Below, in pieces: positions 1 through 8,625 of a stretch of 56,366 nucleotides of DNA (within the stretch, counting starts at the first letter, position 1; each line of letters begins with the position of its first letter). The notes beneath the pieces are model-generated. The model was not told where the DNA came from and made no database searches. It saw only the letters and a program-made list of their open reading frames with translations. Origin of the DNA: a virus (taxonomy: Duplodnaviria > Caudoviricetes). Location of the stretch: positions 1 through 56,366 of the IMG/VR virus record IMGVR_UViG_3300037840_000311; one strand, given 5' to 3'. Position numbers and translations under genes: made by a program.

Positions 1-127
1 AGCACCAAAGTAACGAAGCAATCCGTACCCTTCAACCCGGCAGAACTCGCGACATGGGCCGAGGCTATGAAACTGGCGGCCCTCATCAACGGAAGCCAGT
101 TGTTTCAATCGGCGGGCCTGTTCATCA
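1..127. repeat. Terminal direct repeat, copy 1 (circular assembly overlap)
   Basis: Identical to 56240-56366; 127 nt is a common assembler k-mer length; a CDS reads through the join. Confidence 0.97.
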
Positions 128-369
128 TCCCCCAGGACCCGAAGCACGTTCACTCCGGCGCCTACATCCCTTCGTGGGTAGCAGGACCAGGCGGATTCCA
201 GGAGCCCGTCAACGGCAATCAGTATTTCATCCACTTCCGGTACTCGAATGGAATGGAAGGAATGAACGCAGGCCTGGTGCGCGAGAAGTTCAAGAGTTTC
301 CCGAATTCCCCGACGTACGTTTTGGGAACGCTTTTGGTGGAAGTTCAGCAGGGCGCGCGTACCGCATGA
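1..369 (+). CDS. Hypothetical protein spanning the circular join (GTG at 56237)
   Basis: GTG 56237-56239 overlaps the TGA of 55734..56240 and is in frame with ORF 67..369. Confidence 0.75.
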   Translation, partial: STKVTKQSVPFNPAELATWAEAMKLAALINGSQLFQSAGLFIIPQDPKHVHSGAYIPSWVAGPGGFQEPVNGNQYFIHFRYSNGMEGMNAGLVREKFKSFPNSPTYVLGTLLVEVQQGARTA

Positions 370-536
370 CCGCGACGGAGCGCAGCTTGGTTCTATCGAC
401 TCCTCAACTCGATTGCGAAGCTTGTCAGACGCAATCGATTCACACCGCAGAGGACTGGAAACTCCATCCGTACGCCGGCCACGGTTTCAGCCCGGAGCGC
501 GGATGGAGTCACCCGAATCTTGGGAAAGCAAAATGA
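366..536 (+). CDS. Small hypothetical protein (CxxC, His-rich)
   Basis: ATGA overlaps at both ends. Confidence 0.6.
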   Translation: MTATERSLVLSTPQLDCEACQTQSIHTAEDWKLHPYAGHGFSPERGWSHPNLGKAK

Positions 537-664
537 AGCGCTGGGTATTCTGGCTGATTTTGGTTCCACTATTTGCTTGGTTTGGCCGGGATGGAGGGAA
601 TTGGAATCAGTGGCGAGTTTTTGGGGATAAACCGCCGTTCGCCAGTTGGGGCAATTTGAAATAG
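533..664 (+). CDS. Small hydrophobic protein reading through a reversed right half-site
   Basis: ATGA coupling; MKRWVFWLILVPLFAW. Confidence 0.45.
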   Translation: MKRWVFWLILVPLFAWFGRDGGNWNQWRVFGDKPPFASWGNLK

Positions 665-680
665 TCAGGGCGCGGCGGCG
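618..680 (-). repeat. Right-type half-site on the minus strand
   Basis: Reverse complement reads CCGCCGCGCCC...CTGGCGAACGGCGGTTTATCCCC. Confidence 0.85.
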
Positions 681-752
681 GTTTCGTTTCATTTCCAGCC
701 CTACGAGAATCCCAAGTCTCAGGGCATCAGGACTCGAGCGCATCTTCGACGG

Positions 753-956
753 TCACGCCGGGTCCATCAACTTCGCCGCGAGCCTCAGAGCGCATTCTAC
801 CCCGCACACATGCTGATGTTTTGCGACAGCCTGAAACTCCCACGGCGCTATCAGAACTAAGCCGTCATCGGTACGCCAGACGCGCCACCAGTGATTTGTC
901 TCGCCCTTGAAGACGTTGCAGATATCGCACGTATACGGATTGGCTAATTCCGCCAT
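753..956 (-). CDS. Small zinc-finger-like protein
   Basis: CDIC ... HVCGVEC. Confidence 0.7.
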   Translation of the reverse strand: MAELANPYTCDICNVFKGETNHWWRVWRTDDGLVLIAPWEFQAVAKHQHVCGVECALRLAAKLMDPA

Positions 957-966
957 CAGGACGCCT

Positions 967-1018
967 TTTGTTTGGCCGCATCTGTTGCCGCAGGTTGAGG
1001 ATCGGCATTGCGCGGAGG
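967..1018 (+). repeat. Degenerate left half-site
   Basis: TTTGG at 971 and GCGCGG at 1010, the same 39-nt offset as canonical copies. Confidence 0.65.
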
Positions 1019-1118
1019 ATCTTTCACCAGGACTCGATAGCGCATCATGCAGACAATCCGCGCCACGGGTCCAAATAGCGCTTCAATAATCAAGCAGGCA
1101 GCGAACGCCCACAACGCA

Positions 1119-1772
1119 TCACCCAGCATGGGCAGGCTCCGGTTTCGGCGGGAATAGGACCGCTTCCGCTTTGGAAATCAGCACGCTCATTTCATGCCGC
1201 TGCTTTTTCATCCCCTCATCAGTCACGCCATCGGGATGGTAACGAATGCGCGCCTCTTTGATGAACGGAGCCGGATTTGCGGCAACGTTCTCACGCGGGA
1301 CATTCAGGATTGAGGCAATGGTTTGTATCGCCCCTTCGCGATTGGTTTCAGGTGACGGTGCTTCGAGCCTTGCCCAGCCCTTGTACTGCTCATTCCCTCT
1401 TGTGACTCCGTAGCGGTCCACCATGCGAAGCGCTTCGAGGGATTTCGCGATAGCGCGGAGGTTGTCCTGCCAATCGCCGAATCGATCGCATGGGAACGAC
1501 ATGGAGCCTTTCGGGGAATCGAAGGATAGAACCACCCCAGGCCCGCCGTATCCGTTTTTCCAGTTGCCGGAGCGCGGCCAGCCATCATTTCGGATATCGT
1601 CTCGCGTCAACCCTTCGATCTGGATAACCGTATCGTGGGCGCCCAAGCGCTGCAGTTCGTATTCGAGCTCATCCAGGGTTTTGACGTAGGTAGCGCGGAA
1701 GGTTGCATCGCGGCGCTTTTCGGTACGTTCTACCGGCCAGTGATCGAGTGGGCGAAATTGAGCGTTCAGCAT
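1119..1772 (-). CDS. Phage J-domain (DnaJ-like) protein
   Basis: C-terminal YHPD motif; N-terminal PGVVLSF...CDRF..WQDNLRAI..SLEALR region typical of phage J-domain proteins. Confidence 0.8.
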   Translation of the reverse strand: MLNAQFRPLDHWPVERTEKRRDATFRATYVKTLDELEYELQRLGAHDTVIQIEGLTRDDIRNDGWPRSGNWKNGYGGPGVVLSFDSPKGSMSFPCDRFGDWQDNLRAIAKSLEALRMVDRYGVTRGNEQYKGWARLEAPSPETNREGAIQTIASILNVPRENVAANPAPFIKEARIRYHPDGVTDEGMKKQRHEMSVLISKAEAVLFPPKPEPAHAG

Positions 1773-1981
1773 CAGGCGTTTCTCTTTTTGGTTTGGCCTT
1801 GAGATTCAGCAAGGTCTGTTTCTGTCTCGAGCGCGGCGGCTGTCCCGTTCTGCGCTTTCCGGGCTTTTGCTAATCCGCCTTGTCGCGCGATTTCCTGCCG
1901 TTCCTCAGCCGTGAGGACCTGTGCCCGGTTCTTCCCACCGATCCGGCCCAGTGCTGCCGCAGCTCCGTTCTTGCGCTTCAT
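1772..1981 (-). CDS. Small basic putative nucleic-acid-binding protein
   Basis: AAALGRIGGKNRAQVLTAEERQEIARQGGLAK motif; two apparent paralogs elsewhere in the genome. Confidence 0.7.
   Translation of the reverse strand: MKRKNGAAAALGRIGGKNRAQVLTAEERQEIARQGGLAKARKAQNGTAAALETETDLAESQGQTKKRNA
1792..1840 (+). repeat. Degenerate left half-site
   Basis: TTTGG...GCGCGGCGGC with 39-nt offset. Confidence 0.55.
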
Positions 1982-2253
1982 GCCGGTATCCCGCGCCTGA
2001 TTTCATGTTTACTTTTCTCGAGCGCCCGTTCTCGAAGCGTTCCGGCCCATTCATGCGCGCCGGATTCAGCGAGCTTATCAGCCTTGGTAAGCAACTCGCG
2101 CGGCGTACACTGACAGTGTTCCAAGCATTTGTAGCAGCGGTGACAGTGGTCTAAGAAGTTCCCGGTTTCGCACCGGCAAGGGAACCCGATCACGCAACCG
2201 CGCGATTCTTCAACTCCGCAACACCAGCACCGACGTGGCCCAATTCTATTCAT
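1978..2253 (-). CDS. Cys-rich hypothetical protein
   Basis: Multiple CxxC/CxC motifs; first gene after the leftward promoter. Confidence 0.6.
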   Translation of the reverse strand: MNRIGPRRCWCCGVEESRGCVIGFPCRCETGNFLDHCHRCYKCLEHCQCTPRELLTKADKLAESGAHEWAGTLRERALEKSKHEIRRGIPA

Positions 2254-2263
2254 CGAAGTCCTC

Positions 2264-2353
2264 AGTGTAAAGCCTTTTCTGCTTAGCGTCAAGTACTCAG
2301 ACGGGTACTAGGTAAAGAATTCTTTTGCGTTTCTGCTTAGCGTCAAGTAGAAT
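2264..2353. promoter_or_regulatory. Divergent sigma70-like promoters with two 20-bp direct repeats (putative operators)
   Basis: Leftward TTGACG-17-TACACT (2292-2264); rightward TTGCGT-17-TAGAAT (2325-2353); TTTCTGCTTAGCGTCAAGTA at 2276-2295 and 2330-2349. Confidence 0.75.
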
Positions 2354-2359
2354 TAGGAC

Positions 2360-2656
2360 ATGAACACCGAAAACAATGAACATCTGATCGACCGAATTCA
2401 AATTCTCTTGCTCGGTTTTGAAGGGCGCATTGAGAAGCGTTTCATCGCACTAGAAAATAAGATGTCCGATGGCTTCGGTGCCGCGAATACTCGCCTGGAT
2501 TCCATCGACCGCCGTCTCACGCTCCATGCGGGCGCACTCGCTCACATTGTCGAATGGACCAATAAATACGAAGAAGAATTAATTCGTATGGCGTCCGAAT
2601 TGGCCGACGTGAAACAGCGGCTCGGCAAGTTGGAAAACCCGGCGGTGATTTCATGA
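2360..2656 (+). CDS. Small coiled-coil protein
   Basis: Heptad pattern; AGGA upstream. Confidence 0.75.
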   Translation: MNTENNEHLIDRIQILLLGFEGRIEKRFIALENKMSDGFGAANTRLDSIDRRLTLHAGALAHIVEWTNKYEEELIRMASELADVKQRLGKLENPAVIS

Positions 2657-2892
2657 CCTTTGAAATCCCCTGTCTCGAATGCTCCGGCGCTGGATTCTTC
2701 GGTGGTAACGGCCCCCAGGTTGAGCGCCGATGTGAAGCGTGCAACGGAACCGGCGTACTCGTGGAAGATGGGTTAGTGAACGTGCGGCCTGTTCCGAAGT
2801 CTGTTTTCTATTCGATGACCAAGGATGAGGGTAAGACGCTGTTTCATCAGATGGAGGAACGGCGCAGCCATCGGGAGTGTTTTGGTAATTAA
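2653..2892 (+). CDS. CxxCxGxG zinc-finger protein
   Basis: CLECSGAG and CEACNGTG. Confidence 0.7.
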   Translation: MTFEIPCLECSGAGFFGGNGPQVERRCEACNGTGVLVEDGLVNVRPVPKSVFYSMTKDEGKTLFHQMEERRSHRECFGN

Positions 2893-2894
2893 AT

Positions 2895-3218
2895 ATGTCA
2901 AAAAATAAAAAGCCTAAAAATAAAAAGCCTAAGGATTTAGCAGCCTCAGACGGCGCAGGCGTGGACAGTCAGGAGCGCGGAGGCGAGCCGTCAGCATTCG
3001 TGCAAGCGGATCGGATTTCAGATCGCATCGTGGATATTCTGAATGAGGAGCGGACCAAACCCGGCTTTAATCCAGTTCAGGCTTTCGCGGGCCAACTGCT
3101 AGCGATTCTTTCATTCGCGAGAACCGCGCCAGTCCCGCGACCTCAGCCAATGGCGAACCCGTCCGCTCCAGACCTTGCCCCACCGTCCAGCCCAAAAACC
3201 AAAGGAGACCCCGCGTGA
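2895..3218 (+). CDS. Hypothetical protein
   Basis: Coupled ORF; KNKKP tandem duplication; degenerate half-sites near both ends. Confidence 0.55.
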   Translation: MSKNKKPKNKKPKDLAASDGAGVDSQERGGEPSAFVQADRISDRIVDILNEERTKPGFNPVQAFAGQLLAILSFARTAPVPRPQPMANPSAPDLAPPSSPKTKGDPA

Positions 3219-3805
3219 TTATCAGACCAGAACCCAACAAGCCCCTAACCGTAAACTTGCTCTACGCCTCAGCCAAAGAGACCAAGGGGAAATACGGCAT
3301 CGACTTTCAATACACCTTGCAAGGTGGACATGCGCTCTTCGTCCCACCGATCGCGCACGATGAAATCCAGAAACTTCACGCCGGCCCAGGCGAACCGTTC
3401 ACGCTGACAAAAAGCATCGGGCAAGGAAATCAAGCCGTCTGGAAAGTAGAACGTATTGTACAAAACGGCGGGAACGAGCCAGGAAATGTCCAACAGGTTG
3501 AACAACCGGGCGGCCAGCCTTCCGGGATGAACCGCCCAGTTGAGCCACTCCCTCTTAGGAGCTCTATTGCCCCGAAGTCTATCACAAACGGAAACAAGCC
3601 GGTATCGGTCATGCCGACCGCGCCCACGCTGACCACGCGGCAATCGAGCGCCATGGTTCGGCAACTGATCGCCGCCGTCGATGCCTGCAAACTCGCTCAG
3701 GACTACGCCAAGTCTCAGAATATCGAGTTTGAAATCACAAGCGATATCATCTGCCGAGTGGCCATCACCGGGGGGATTCAGAGCTTCAAGGAGGGAGTTT
3801 ACTGA
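3215..3805 (+). CDS. Hypothetical protein (possible OB-fold/ssDNA-binding N-terminus)
   Basis: AAAGGAG RBS; beta-rich N-terminal half; function is a guess. Confidence 0.6.
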   Translation: MIIRPEPNKPLTVNLLYASAKETKGKYGIDFQYTLQGGHALFVPPIAHDEIQKLHAGPGEPFTLTKSIGQGNQAVWKVERIVQNGGNEPGNVQQVEQPGGQPSGMNRPVEPLPLRSSIAPKSITNGNKPVSVMPTAPTLTTRQSSAMVRQLIAAVDACKLAQDYAKSQNIEFEITSDIICRVAITGGIQSFKEGVY

Positions 3806-4026
3806 TGGCAGACCAGCAGTTTTACACCGTGATTTTGACCACCGTCGGTATAGGCTTGATGAACATGATTTTCACCGGCGCGATGGTTTTCGTCCTCAAT
3901 TCCCGAATAAACGACCTGCGGGCAGACATGAACGCCCGATTCACAAACCTCGAAAAATTGATGGATCAGCGCTTTGAATCGCTGGAACAGGAGTTTATTC
4001 ACCATCGCCACGAGGATGCCCAATGA
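3805..4026 (+). CDS. Small TM plus coiled-coil protein
   Basis: Hydrophobic helix followed by RINDLRADMNARF. Confidence 0.7.
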   Translation: MADQQFYTVILTTVGIGLMNMIFTGAMVFVLNSRINDLRADMNARFTNLEKLMDQRFESLEQEFIHHRHEDAQ

Positions 4027-4481
4027 GCGGATTTGTAAAGACTCCCACGGAGCGAGAATTAGAAATCCTGCGCTATCGGCTGGACAAGTTAGAAAAGCGT
4101 GTTGAGGATTTAGCCGCGACACCCCAACCCCCTTCGGGCGAACAGGAGCGCGGTAGCGAAGGGCGCGCGGCAGAGTTTTACGCTGGTTTGGATTATCGCT
4201 CCCTTGATGCCCGTCTGAAAGTTCTGGAGGCGTGGATATTGCCCAGCCGATCAAATCCAGCCACCGCGCCACCGGAGGCCGCGACGGCTACCCCGGCGCC
4301 GCCAAACGAAGATCTTGCGGAAGTACAATACGCCGCCATCAAAGAGAACCACGAAAGAGACCTCCGCATTCCCGATCCAACCAATGCTTACGAATGCGCC
4401 TATCATCAGTTCATCAACCTACTGGAACGAATCATGGCGGCTGAGATTCAACGTCTCCGCACGCTGAAAGGAGTAACCTAG
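4023..4481 (+). CDS. Hypothetical protein
   Basis: Coupled ORF containing a degenerate left/right site pair (about 4108-4156 and 4261-4306). Confidence 0.6.
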   Translation: MSGFVKTPTERELEILRYRLDKLEKRVEDLAATPQPPSGEQERGSEGRAAEFYAGLDYRSLDARLKVLEAWILPSRSNPATAPPEAATATPAPPNEDLAEVQYAAIKENHERDLRIPDPTNAYECAYHQFINLLERIMAAEIQRLRTLKGVT

Positions 4482-4861
4482 TGGACCCACAACCCGGTAG
4501 CGCCGATTGGAATAGCCCGATTGTCGACTTTATTGTCGATTTTACGCTGTTGTACGTCTGGATTGTCGGCAGTTAGTTTCTCGAGACCGGGCCGCAACTT
4601 CTAGCACGCGCATCCTAACCCCTTCGCGTGAAAAAAGGCTGGATCTCCTTCGAGTCCTCACCCCATGGAGTTGTGGCCCGATCTGGAGGGATTGAAAAAT
4701 GATCTTTTGGTCTGCTTTTTTCGCAACGATCCTGATAGTAGTCTCCGTCAACGAGTGGCGCGACCGGAGAGACGCCCGCCGCGCCGCCGACAGCCGGAGA
4801 CCTTCGCCGACCGACGAGCCCAAACACTGAAGATTTCCAACTGTCAGCCGATAATATTCTC

Positions 4862-5047
4862 ATGATTAAACAAACCGACATTTTTCAAACAGCCCGCCAG
4901 TATCTAGAAGCAAAACGGGATGAAGACGAATTGATAATCAGAACAGCAGGACGGCAATTAGAAGCCTTTGCCTACGTTCAGATGTTGAATACAGGCTTCC
5001 CCAACGGCTCAGGCATACCGGAGCGCGGGAGCGGGAGGCGCGATTGA
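4862..5047 (+). CDS. Hypothetical protein
   Basis: ORF ends through a left-like half-site. Confidence 0.45.
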   Translation: MIKQTDIFQTARQYLEAKRDEDELIIRTAGRQLEAFAYVQMLNTGFPNGSGIPERGSGRRD

Positions 5048-6098
5048 TAACGGAAATAGAACTCCTGAAACTGAGAAATCCCGCGTAGCCGAATCGTATT
5101 CGCTATTCAAGAATTAATTCAGATCGCTCGTACCGCGTTGGTAGTCGAATGACCAAGATCGAATGGACGGACGAGACCTGGAACCCGACCCGCGGTTGCT
5201 CTCGAGTTTCCGAAGGTTGCCGGAATTGCTACGCCGAACGGCAGGCAGCAAGATTCAGTAATTCAAAACGCAGTGATGACGAAACTGTAGAACCGTTTCA
5301 CCTTTTTGCTGAGAGAACGCCAGCCGGCCCGCGTTGGACCGGCCGCGTCGAACTGATTGAGTCTAAGCTAACCGAACCGCTCCACTGGAAAAAGCCCCGG
5401 CGTGTGTTCGTCAACAGCATGTCGGATTTATTCCATGAGGCGCTATCGGATAACGCGATTCAAGAAGTTTTCGCTGTCATGGCCCTTTGCCCCCATATCA
5501 AGTTTCAGGTTCTCACCAAGCGAGCACAACGGATGCGGGAATGGTTGGCACATCCGCACCGGGTCAATTTCACAGCTATCCGCGCAGCGAACCTGGCAAG
5601 CACACACTTTGACCGTTACGAACAATTGACGCGCGCCCCGTATCAATGGCCCCTGGCCAACGTCTGGCTCGGTGTATCTGTAGAAGACCAGGCCAACAAG
5701 GACCGCATCGACCTCTTGCGCCAGACGCCGGCAGCCGTCCGTTTTTTGTCGATTGAACCGCTACTAGAAGACTTCGGCATGTTGAATCCTTTGGGCATCC
5801 ACTGGGTTATCGTAGGCGGGGAATCCGGCCCTCAGGCACGGCCTTGTGACCTCGCATGGATCAGATCTATCCGCGACCAGTGCCGAGCCGCCAGCGTGCC
5901 TCTATTCGTCAAGCAACTGGGAGCACGGCCGGGTTATCAACGTAAAGACGGATGGCGAGATATCGATTTGAAAGACCCAAAGGGCGGCAACTGGGACGAA
6001 TGGCCGCGCGATCTCCGTATCCGGGAGTTTTCCCGATAATGAACGCCACCGCGCGCCCGCGAGTCCAGATCGTTAGAAAAGCCCGTATTCCCAACAAA
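4984..6098. mobile_element. Putative cassette carrying the DUF5131 gene
   Basis: Left GTTGAATACAGGC...GGAGCGCGG and right CCACCGCGCGCCC...GCCCGTATTCCCAAC are mutually complementary variant ends. Confidence 0.55.
5149..6039 (+). CDS. DUF5131 / phage Gp37Gp68 family protein
   Basis: TKIEWTDETWNPTRGCSRVSEGCRNCYA, VFVNSMSDLFH, WVIVGGESG, FVKQLG motifs. Confidence 0.95.
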   Translation: MTKIEWTDETWNPTRGCSRVSEGCRNCYAERQAARFSNSKRSDDETVEPFHLFAERTPAGPRWTGRVELIESKLTEPLHWKKPRRVFVNSMSDLFHEALSDNAIQEVFAVMALCPHIKFQVLTKRAQRMREWLAHPHRVNFTAIRAANLASTHFDRYEQLTRAPYQWPLANVWLGVSVEDQANKDRIDLLRQTPAAVRFLSIEPLLEDFGMLNPLGIHWVIVGGESGPQARPCDLAWIRSIRDQCRAASVPLFVKQLGARPGYQRKDGWRDIDLKDPKGGNWDEWPRDLRIREFSR

Positions 6099-6485
6099 AG
6101 ATTAAAGCAACGCCGTGGCTCAGTGAAAGATCCAGCCTATCGAGCCTTTGTACGGAGTTTTGGGTGTATCGCTTGCTTCGGCGAACTCATACCGCCAGAC
6201 GAATTGGGCCCACTCGAATGCATGCTCCAAGGTTCAAGAACCGAATGCGCCCACGTCGGAGCCCGCGGTCTCTCCCAGAAGGCATCAGATTACGATTCTC
6301 TGCCTCTCTGTGCAATCGAACACCATCGAGTAGGCCCAGAGTCCCACCACAAGCTAGGGAAGCGATTCTGGGGCTTCCACGGGCTTAACCGAGTAGAACT
6401 TATCCACCAGTTGCAAGAGTTGTGGAAAACTGAAGTATTGGGCTCGACAGCCAAACCAAGAGGGGAATATGGAGGCGCGCGGTAG
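6039..6485 (+). CDS. DUF968/Ref-like HNH-type nuclease
   Basis: Y.AFVRSFGCIAC ... ECAH ... LPLC..HH. Confidence 0.75.
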   Translation: MNATARPRVQIVRKARIPNKRLKQRRGSVKDPAYRAFVRSFGCIACFGELIPPDELGPLECMLQGSRTECAHVGARGLSQKASDYDSLPLCAIEHHRVGPESHHKLGKRFWGFHGLNRVELIHQLQELWKTEVLGSTAKPRGEYGGAR

Positions 6486-7310
6486 CCGTGAAACCCCGCG
6501 CTGTGGACCTGTTTTGCTGTGCAGGGGGAGCGACCCGCGGTCTACAACTCGCCGGCTTCCACGTAACCGGAGTGGACTGGAAACCCCAGCGGCACTATAT
6601 TGGTGACGAATTTCACCAGGCCGATGCGCTCACTTTTCCGCTTAACGGATTCGATTTTATCTGGGCCAGCCCGCCGTGTCAGAAATTCACTGCGCTACGC
6701 CACATGCCCACCGCGAAAGAATATCCTGACCTGATACCGGAAACGCGCGCCCGGCTTGTCGCTTCCGGGATACCTTACGCGATTGAGAACGTAGAAGGAG
6801 CGCCGCTGGGTGAAAGTGGATACTTGATAATGCTCTGCGGAACCATGTTTGGGCTTCAGACCGCGGACGGCCGCGCGGAACTCCGGCGCCATCGGCTCTT
6901 TGAAACCAGTTTTTCGATTCCGCTCCGTCCTGCCTGCCAGCATGGACACGTTCCGATTTTGACCGTGTGTGGACACACCCCGGTGGATAACCCGCGCACG
7001 ATCTCAGTTACCGGCACAGGCGGCCGCAAAGGTGGGATGAAGGGAAGGGTAATACGTTCTATCACCGTGACTGGCAACACACCGCAAACGAACACCGTCC
7101 GAAACCGTGAACGGCAAACTTTTACAGTCCAACAGGCCCGTGAAGCCATGGGAATCGACTGGATGCCGATGAGCGCCTTGTCGCAGGCTATTCCGCCAGC
7201 CTACGCGAAATTTATCGGCCGCCAAACTCTGGAATGGATCGCCGATCAATCCCCAGCGCTCTCGAAACCCTGAAACCTGCCCCGACCGGCGAACGGCGGT
7301 TTATCCCTAA
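6437..7310. mobile_element. Putative cassette carrying the C5 methyltransferase
   Basis: Left TTGGGCTCGACAG...GCGCGG 6437-6486; right ...GGCGAACGGCGGTTTATCCC 7251-7310. Confidence 0.7.
6488..7273 (+). CDS. DNA (cytosine-5) methyltransferase
   Basis: DLFCCAGG, ASPPCQ, IENV, C-terminal AIPP. Confidence 0.92.
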   Translation: MKPRAVDLFCCAGGATRGLQLAGFHVTGVDWKPQRHYIGDEFHQADALTFPLNGFDFIWASPPCQKFTALRHMPTAKEYPDLIPETRARLVASGIPYAIENVEGAPLGESGYLIMLCGTMFGLQTADGRAELRRHRLFETSFSIPLRPACQHGHVPILTVCGHTPVDNPRTISVTGTGGRKGGMKGRVIRSITVTGNTPQTNTVRNRERQTFTVQQAREAMGIDWMPMSALSQAIPPAYAKFIGRQTLEWIADQSPALSKP

Positions 7311-7611
7311 TCCCAGTTCGTGAAAACCTCCAGCCCAATTCGAAAACACGTCCACTGGAGTTCTTTTTCAAAAACTTTATCTATATTGTCTTTAAGAAGT
7401 AAGCGTAAGAACCGAGTGTGGATAAAAAAATTCCTCTTGCCGAAACACTGGGAGTGGGTGTATGTTGGGTGAGTTGAAAATGCTACCAGAAAGCAAAAAG
7501 GCCCAAGCGGTTAAACATTTCCCAATGTCCGCAAGAGCCTTCCTGAACAACAATGCCACCTTATCATAAATCACGAGCCTACGCAAGTAGAAAAACCTGG
7601 GGGTTTCCCCA
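7311..7611. promoter_or_regulatory. AT-rich intergenic region with a consensus DnaA box; candidate origin/promoter
   Basis: TGTGGATAA at 7417-7425, directly upstream of the initiator-like gene and dnaB. Confidence 0.5.
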
Positions 7612-8622
7612 GTGACTACAACCGAACCCATCCAAACAGGCATAACTGGCAACTGGACAAGGGTGAGGCCGGCATTCTTCCGAGGATTGGCGAAGCGGCT
7701 TGAATACGCCGAGGATAAATGCTTTGGCTTAATTCTCCAATCAACCGTAGGCCGTGGCCGTGGCAGTTGGGAAAAAGTCACCTGGAAACGATTCTGCGAC
7801 GTGGCCGGCGTGACCCGGCGAAGGTGTGAGCAAGCGATCGCGTCACTACTCGGAAAAGAGGATCCAGACCAACCAGGTCTCTATTTTGAAGGCATCATCC
7901 GCCAACGAAAAGCGGCAACGGGCGGATTTGAATACTCGATAGCAGCACGGCCAGAAGGCGATCAAACAGGAATTGCAAAGTGCCGAAATTGCGGAACCAC
8001 CGGCGAAGTGGACCTCGACCTTGATTTCATCCCCGTACCCCACACGTTCTTTCTAAATCTCCCACTATCCTGCGATCACGGCATGTACCTTGTGGTAAAA
8101 ACCGTCGTAGAGCGGACGATGCGATGGGACAAGGAAACCAAGCAAATCGTCGTGATCCCCTGCGAGATCACGATAGAGGAATTCGAGCGGGCCACCGGCA
8201 AGAAGCGCAGCGAGATTTTACAGGACCTCGCGAAAGTCCAGGCGGAAGGCTACCAGTTCATCGGATCGGAAAAGATCGGACGGACCAATCGGTATTGGGC
8301 ACGGCCGGAAAACTTCGCATCGGCCCCGGCGCGGGCGGCTCGAGAAGTGAAACAGCCGAAAATACGAAAGAAACGGGAAACCCAAAAGGCTGAAAAGCCA
8401 GCGCAACCCGTTGAACCCACAAAGACCATACGTCCAGTTGAGTTCATAACCGTACCATGTGGAGTTTGCCGGCATTGCCAGTGCTATGGACCTGTGGATA
8501 TCGTGCCAGAGTCGGAAAAAGCGACCCGGAAGCCGCTGGAGCGGGCGCGAGCGGGTCCAATTCTACAGCCGTGGTCGAATTTACCCACCTTAGATAAGCC
8601 GATTTGGAAAAAGGAAGCCTGA
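7612..8622 (+). CDS. Putative replication initiator (two HTH-like repeats, CxxC ribbons)
   Basis: Lies immediately before DnaB; internal duplication (WTRVRPAFF/FIPVPHTFF; FCDVAGV/FERATGK; CRNC/CRHC). Confidence 0.65.
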   Translation: MTTTEPIQTGITGNWTRVRPAFFRGLAKRLEYAEDKCFGLILQSTVGRGRGSWEKVTWKRFCDVAGVTRRRCEQAIASLLGKEDPDQPGLYFEGIIRQRKAATGGFEYSIAARPEGDQTGIAKCRNCGTTGEVDLDLDFIPVPHTFFLNLPLSCDHGMYLVVKTVVERTMRWDKETKQIVVIPCEITIEEFERATGKKRSEILQDLAKVQAEGYQFIGSEKIGRTNRYWARPENFASAPARAAREVKQPKIRKKRETQKAEKPAQPVEPTKTIRPVEFITVPCGVCRHCQCYGPVDIVPESEKATRKPLERARAGPILQPWSNLPTLDKPIWKKEA

Positions 8623-8625
8623 ACC

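Noticed and set aside
1-127. Biological direct terminal repeat of a linear genome
   Set aside because: Exactly 127 nt and cuts through a coding sequence; best explained as assembler overlap of a circular or circularly permuted genome.
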